DNA of 63,044 bases, the filler included, from Thraustochytrium aureum (taxonomy: Eukaryota): assembly GCA_012862495.1 (NCBI GenBank). It is 6 parts of 3 records of this genome, joined end to end, with 100 filler letters (N's around TTAATTAATTAA, not from the genome) between each part and the next. Parts side by side here need not be neighbours in the genome. Positions count along the whole stretch, not along the records: positions 56,828 to 63,044 come from BLSG01000172.1; 5 more parts are not named here. One strand, 5' to 3'. Every line of letters begins with the position of its first letter. Position 1 is the first letter of the stretch. The notes under the pieces are model-generated. The model did not search any database and had not been told where the DNA came from. It saw only the letters and a list, made by a program, of their open reading frames with translations. The position numbers were made by a program, and so were the translations under genes. Positions 58,165 to 63,044 of this stretch are shown here, one piece after another.

Positions 58165-59518
58165 TCACTTTCGAATGACCTGCAAGCTATGCGGGCGCGT
58201 GAGGCGCAACGTCGAGTCGTTACGCTCGAGCGACGCCGCGCTGGGACGCGCTGCCCCCAGCGCGCTCTCAGCACGGTCGTCCACCGACAGGAGGGAGTTG
58301 ACGCGGGCGCTCAAAAGTTGCGGCTGCGTCTTGCGTCTCTCGGGACTCTCTGGGCTGGGGAGCGCGGCAGAGTCTTGCGCAAGTGAGCCGACTGACTGCA
58401 GGACTAGATCGCAGGCTTCGCCGGCACGGCGAGAGTCTGGTGGCGCCGCGAAGGCAAACTCTGCACAGCTAGCGCTTGACAGTCCCAGATCGAGGCTGGC
58501 CTTGAATGGTGCCCGCCGTGGCGGCAAGGCCTGCGAAGGCGACACGCGCCGCGAGATCCTTGCTTTGAACCCAATGGTCACGGCAATTGCGTCTTGGCGA
58601 AAGCTCTCGTCGCGGTTGGGCCAAATCGAGGTGACCGTGAGGAAAGTGATCAGAAGCAAGTTGTAGAGCACGATCACCGAGGCGTAAACGATGTAGATAT
58701 TCAACCGTTCCACCATCGCAACGACCAGAAAGAAGGGCGGGAGGAGAGTGCCAGTAATGTACTTGAAATAGCACTTCATCTTGAGCAGGCGAGCATGCGC
58801 AACAATTGCATCGTCGTGGTCCCGCGAGCGGCCGGGGGCGCCCACTTGGATGACGATCAGCAAGTCGTCAATCGTGAACTGCAAGACGCGAGGGACGAGT
58901 AACCAGCCGAGCATGAATGATGCAACGCCGACCGCAACGCACAGCCTCTGCGTCCACGTTCGAACATTCGCCTCCTGGCCGAAGACGGATGCCGCGATGA
59001 GCCCCAAGACCACCGAGCATACCACGAAAACGCTTCCAATCGCGACCTTGGTACGTTGCCAGCCCTGCACATCTTGCATGAAGGCAAGCGTGCCGGTTAC
59101 CCTTTGGTGCATATGCTGGACGTACCGCGCGAAAAACGCGGCGAACCCGAGGATGAACAAAGTCGCGTAGAGCCAGATGCAGGCGCTGAAGAACTTGTTT
59201 CGGCCTAATAGCGCCGCGTCGAACGGCAAGGTGACCTTGCCATACCCGAGGGCGATGCCGAGAACCATCTGTGCTGTTGCGCAGCCGAGGTGGAGCACGT
59301 CGAGGCGGCTTGGTTTTCGGTGGGCGGCAAGGCGCACCGCATACCCGAACAGCAGCACGAGCGCTGCGAAGCACGCCACGACGAAGACGCTGTACAGGGC
59401 CTTGATCGCGGTGGGGCTAATGACGCAGTCCTCCGTCCTGCCAATATCCGGGCAGTTGGAAGTCGCCGTAGGCCACGAGGCCGTCCGGGCACTCGGTGCG
59501 CGCTCCCACGGCCGCCAT
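58165..59518 (-). CDS. Multipass (~7 TM) membrane protein with short Cys-containing N-terminus (indel near 59458)
   Basis: About seven hydrophobic helices in ORF 58165-59544; likely start MAAVGARTECPDGLVAYGDF|NCPDIGRTEDCVI. Confidence 0.6.
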
Positions 59519-60614
59519 CGAGCAGCGAAGTGCATTTGCTTCACCGCTGCCGGCCCGGAACGGATTTTCAGCAGGCGTGCAGAGGCAATTCGTCACGGAA
59601 CGACTCTCTGCAACACCAGCGGTGGATGACGAGGCGATGGGCAAAATACGGTTGCAGGGAAATGTCAAACAAAGAGACTTGATGGGGTTTGCTTTGGCTG
59701 CCTTTCTCAGCCTCTTCCTTCGCAGCCCTGACAACTTTGTGCTGGCGGCCCCTCGCGCCTGAGCGAGGTCATGTCGGTTGAGAAAAATGCCAAGGCTCGC
59801 ATGTGTTGGTTGACGAGTGAGGTGAGCTCGTCCAAACGGCTCTATAATGGACGACTGCGCAATCTCGCGCTTTGCTGCTGCAGCCTTTGCCCTTGCTGCT
59901 GCAGCCTTCGCCGCGGCAAGGGCTGCTGCCGCCCTTGCTGCTGCTGCCCTTGCTTGCCACCTCGCTGCCAAGCCGGGCCGGCGGGGCGACAACAGAGGTC
60001 GTCGTCAGACCCGGCTTTCGTCTGCCACAACCGAAATCGTGTACCACCCACCCAGCCCGTCAAACCGAGAGCGGCGCGCATGGCAGCGCCTCCGACATCG
60101 TCTGCCAGCTTTGCCGCCGAGGTAAGCGCGACGGTGTTGTTCGTACGGCTCACGTGCGAGCGAGACGGGCTCGTGCCTTCATGGTATGGCGCGATTTGGT
60201 CTCTCACGGCGTTTCGAGCGCCATCGTCCCCATATGTATCCGTTTCATTCTCGTCGCGCGCTCGCCAGACACTGGCCTCTGGCGCTTGGGCCTTGTTCCC
60301 GCGGGCAGGCCAGGCGAGGCGTTGTAAGTTTGATCAAGAGTAGAGGGGTAGGCATTTAAGCACTGGCGGCGGCCGCATCGCCACTCGGTGACGCCGCGGA
60401 CGCGCCGGTCTGGCGCTCGTCCTTCCCAGTTTCAAGCATCGCGGAATAAGTTTATGTACGAGATTTGCACTTTCTTAGGAGCTCGGTTGTGCGCGGTGCA
60501 GGCGGAGCGGCCTGAAAAAGCCGGCTTGGACGCAGCAGAGCCTGCGGGAAACGTCTACGCGCGCTTTGGCGCGGCGGCGCAGGGATGCGGCTACGTGTGC
60601 TCGCGGGGGGCCGA

Positions 60615-61270
60615 CTAGTCGGTCGCGTCTGCCACGCCCTGCGCCGTGATCGCGAAGGACGCCTCCGACTCGGCAAGCGTCGGCGAGTCGATGATCTTGG
60701 CGATGCGGGTCTCGCCGCGGCCCTTACGCAGCTTGATGCGCGTGGTGGAGGCATGCGAGAGCACGTGGCCGCCGACGGCCTTGAGCGGGTCCTTGGCGAA
60801 TACAGAGCTATCCGGCGAGGCGACGACCTGGTTGGTGATGACAACTGCGACGCCAAACTCGTTGGCCAGCCGCTGCAGGTTGCGCAAGAACTGGGCCAGG
60901 TTTTGCTGGCGCTCGGCCAGCTCGCCGCGGCCCTGGTAGTCGGTGCGGAAGAGCGATGTGACGCTGTCGACGATGATGAGCGAGTAGCGCGACTCGGCCA
61001 TCATGGCAGACGCCTGTGTGAGCAGCTGCATCTGGTGCTCCGAGTTGTGCGCGCGAGCAACTGCGACGTTCTCGAGCACATCGTCAGCGTTGAGGGAGAA
61101 CCGCTCCGCGATGCCCTGAATGCGCTCGGGCCTGAAGCAACCCTCGGTGTCGATGTAGATGACCTTGCCCTCCCCGCCGCCTTGGCTGTAGGGCAGCTGG
61201 CAGGTGACGCACAGCGTGTGGCAGAGCTGGGTCTTGCCAGTGCGAAACTCGCCATACAATTCGGTGATGG
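60615..61270 (-). CDS. RAD51: RAD51/DMC1-family recombinase, C-terminal core (5' part in gap)
   Basis: Walker [21 protein letters not shown], Walker [47 protein letters not shown]. Confidence 0.9.
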
Positions 61271-62552
61271 NNNNNNNNNNNNNNNNNNNNNNNNNNNNNN
61301 NNNNNNNNNNNNNNNNNNNNNNNNNNNNNNNNNNNNNNNNNNNNNNNNNNNNNNNNNNNNNNNNNNNNNNNNNNNNNNNNNNNNNNNNNNNNNNNNNNNN
61401 NNNNNNNNNNNNNNNNNNNNNNNNNNNNNNNNNNNNNNNNNNNNNNNNNNNNNNNNNNNNNNNNNNNNNNNNNNNNNNNNNNNNNNNNNNNNNNNNNNNN
61501 NNNNNNNNNNNNNNNNNNNNNNNNNNNNNNNNNNNNNNNNNNNNNNNNNNNNNNNNNNNNNNNNNNNNNNNNNNNNNNNNNNNNNNNNNNNNNNNNNNNN
61601 NNNNNNNNNNNNNNNNNNNNNNNNNNNNNNNNNNNNNNNNNNNNNNNNNNNNNNNNNNNNNNNNNNNNNNNNNNNNNNNNNNNNNNNNNNNNNNNNNNNN
61701 NNNNNNNNNNNNNNNNNNNNNNNNNNNNNNNNNNNNNNNNNNNNNNNNNNNNNNNNNNNNNNNNNNNNNNNNNNNNNNNNNNNNNNNNNNNNNNNNNNNN
61801 NNNNNNNNNNNNNNNNNNNNNNNNNNNNNNNNNNNNNNNNNNNNNNNNNNNNNNNNNNNNNNNNNNNNNNNNNNNNNNNNNNNNNNNNNNNNNNNNNNNN
61901 NNNNNNNNNNNNNNNNNNNNNNNNNNNNNNNNNNNNNNNNNNNNNNNNNNNNNNNNNNNNNNNNNNCTCTTTGCCGTCTTCAAACGTACACGTTTACTTT
62001 TGGCCTGGGCGGGGAGGGGACTCTTCATCACGCCGCCTCCGTCGCGCGCAGAGGTGCCCCGTCTCAAGCTGCCTCCTCGGGCAGCCGAATCCCTAGCTTC
62101 TTTTCCCTTGTTGAACCAGTGACACCATGCACCTCCACCACAGTAGTCCAGAAGCTGTTGTTTTTTGTCGGGATTGGCACGAGAAAGGCGCTCCGGCGGG
62201 AGCTGGCTGGCACTTGGCTGGTGCGTGGCGGATGGCCTGCAGCAGGAGGGACAGAGAACCACGCGGAACGCGTGCAAGTGCCAACGTGCGTTGCCCGCTG
62301 CGCCAGGCGATAACCTCAGGTACTCGAGTACGTACTGCCGGCCTCTGTTTCTTGCGCACAGGGTGCTGGGTCGGACGGGGCGAACGCATTTCGAGTTCAA
62401 GTCGTGCGAGTTCCCCTCAGAGTTTGCTTTTTGTGCACAGCGGAGTATGCCGCCATGGCCGACCCCGAACGCGACGAAAAAAGCTCGCAAGCACCTGGCG
62501 CTCCTCCATCACCACCGCCGCAGTGGCTCTCGCAGCAGGACGGATCCTCCTC

Positions 62553-62587
<35 letters not shown>
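62553..62587 (+). repeat. (GCTT)n microsatellite
   Basis: Visible, slightly imperfect tetranucleotide run. Confidence 0.8.
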
Positions 62588-62589
<2 letters not shown>

Positions 62590-62981
62590 CGGCAGCCTTG
62601 CCACGCCACTGCGACAGCGCGCAGCCGGGCCTCGCGTTGCCGCGCGCGCACGCACACTGGCTGCTCATTTTCCCTCCCTCAGGCCCACTCATGAAAGGCG
62701 ATCAGCATTGCGGGGCGAGTCCCGCTAAAGGCCAGTGTGTGTGCGCCCGCGATCCGCGTCATTTGGGCCCCCTTTGTGACGTGGCGTGCTGGCGCGCGGC
62801 GGGGGCGTGGGAGCAGGAGCAGTGCTGGAAGGAGCGCGGGCAGGGGAGGCGGCAAGCAGCGCAGGGCGGCGGCTGGCGGCAGCTGCGGAGGCGCAGTCGA
62901 AGGGAGGCGTGCGTAATCGCGCCTCGACCAGGCGCGGCGTTGATTGGCTCGCGGGGTGGCCGCGGCTGCGCCGCGGCGGGG

Positions 62982-63044
62982 ATGGATGGAGGGCCGAGCA
63001 CCTCGTACGAGGTGTTCATGACGTTTGTGCGGCGGGACGAAACG
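62982..63044 (+). CDS. Possible 5' start of the next gene
   Basis: ATG frame MDGGPSTSYEVFMTFVRRDET open to the window end after a GC-rich leader. Confidence 0.3.
   Translation, partial: MDGGPSTSYEVFMTFVRRDET

Noticed and set aside
9180..59460. Numerous frameshifts read as programmed frameshifting or pseudogenisation
   Set aside because: They hit many unrelated conserved genes (PKD2, CABIN1, MAK, MDR, AGC kinase, RRP45, EF-hand, VPS39, PHAX), share no slippery motif, and the flanking frames show no decay. Sequencing indels are the simplest explanation; read mapping would confirm.
59600..60150. Ala/Lys-rich minus-strand ORF with faint F-box resemblance
   Set aside because: Dominated by a (GCT/GCA)-type low-complexity repeat; the motif match is too weak.

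Overview
Compact, GC-rich, intron-poor eukaryotic nuclear DNA. A flagellated stramenopile, probably a thraustochytrid/labyrinthulomycete, is inferred from gene content and is not proven. The window is six contigs joined by artificial 100-bp N-TTAATTAATTAA-N linkers (12651-12750, 21498-21597, 29203-29302, 45957-46056, 56728-56827). It also has internal N gaps and many single-base indels that split otherwise conserved genes. About 28 protein genes are recognisable: DDX3, bifunctional PAM, a giant PKD2-like channel, CABIN1/HIR3, ankyrin, FERM, PA-domain multipass protein, MAK/ICK, EsV-1-7-repeat protein, RPS5, AKTIP, cyclophilin-like, CEP72, ASD, MDR oxidoreductase, bacterial-type LiaF/DUF1707-like protein, TH1-AGC kinase, CLUAP1/IFT38, class C GPCR, RRP45, flagellar EF-hand protein, VPS39, PHAX-domain protein, DCTN1 and RAD51. 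Most interesting: (1) a polycystin-2 channel carrying a ~1800-residue Cys-repeat/SEA-like/EGF/LNR ectodomain with RRRL motifs inside its S1-S2 loop, lying tail-to-tail with (2) a complete peptide-amidating enzyme of apparently inverted (type II) topology; (3) a RAD51 with DMC1-type DNA-binding loops; (4) a Tudor-like insert in CABIN1; (5) a tail-anchored ASD; (6) an intron-containing bacterial-type gene. All family calls are by motif recognition by eye; no searches were run.
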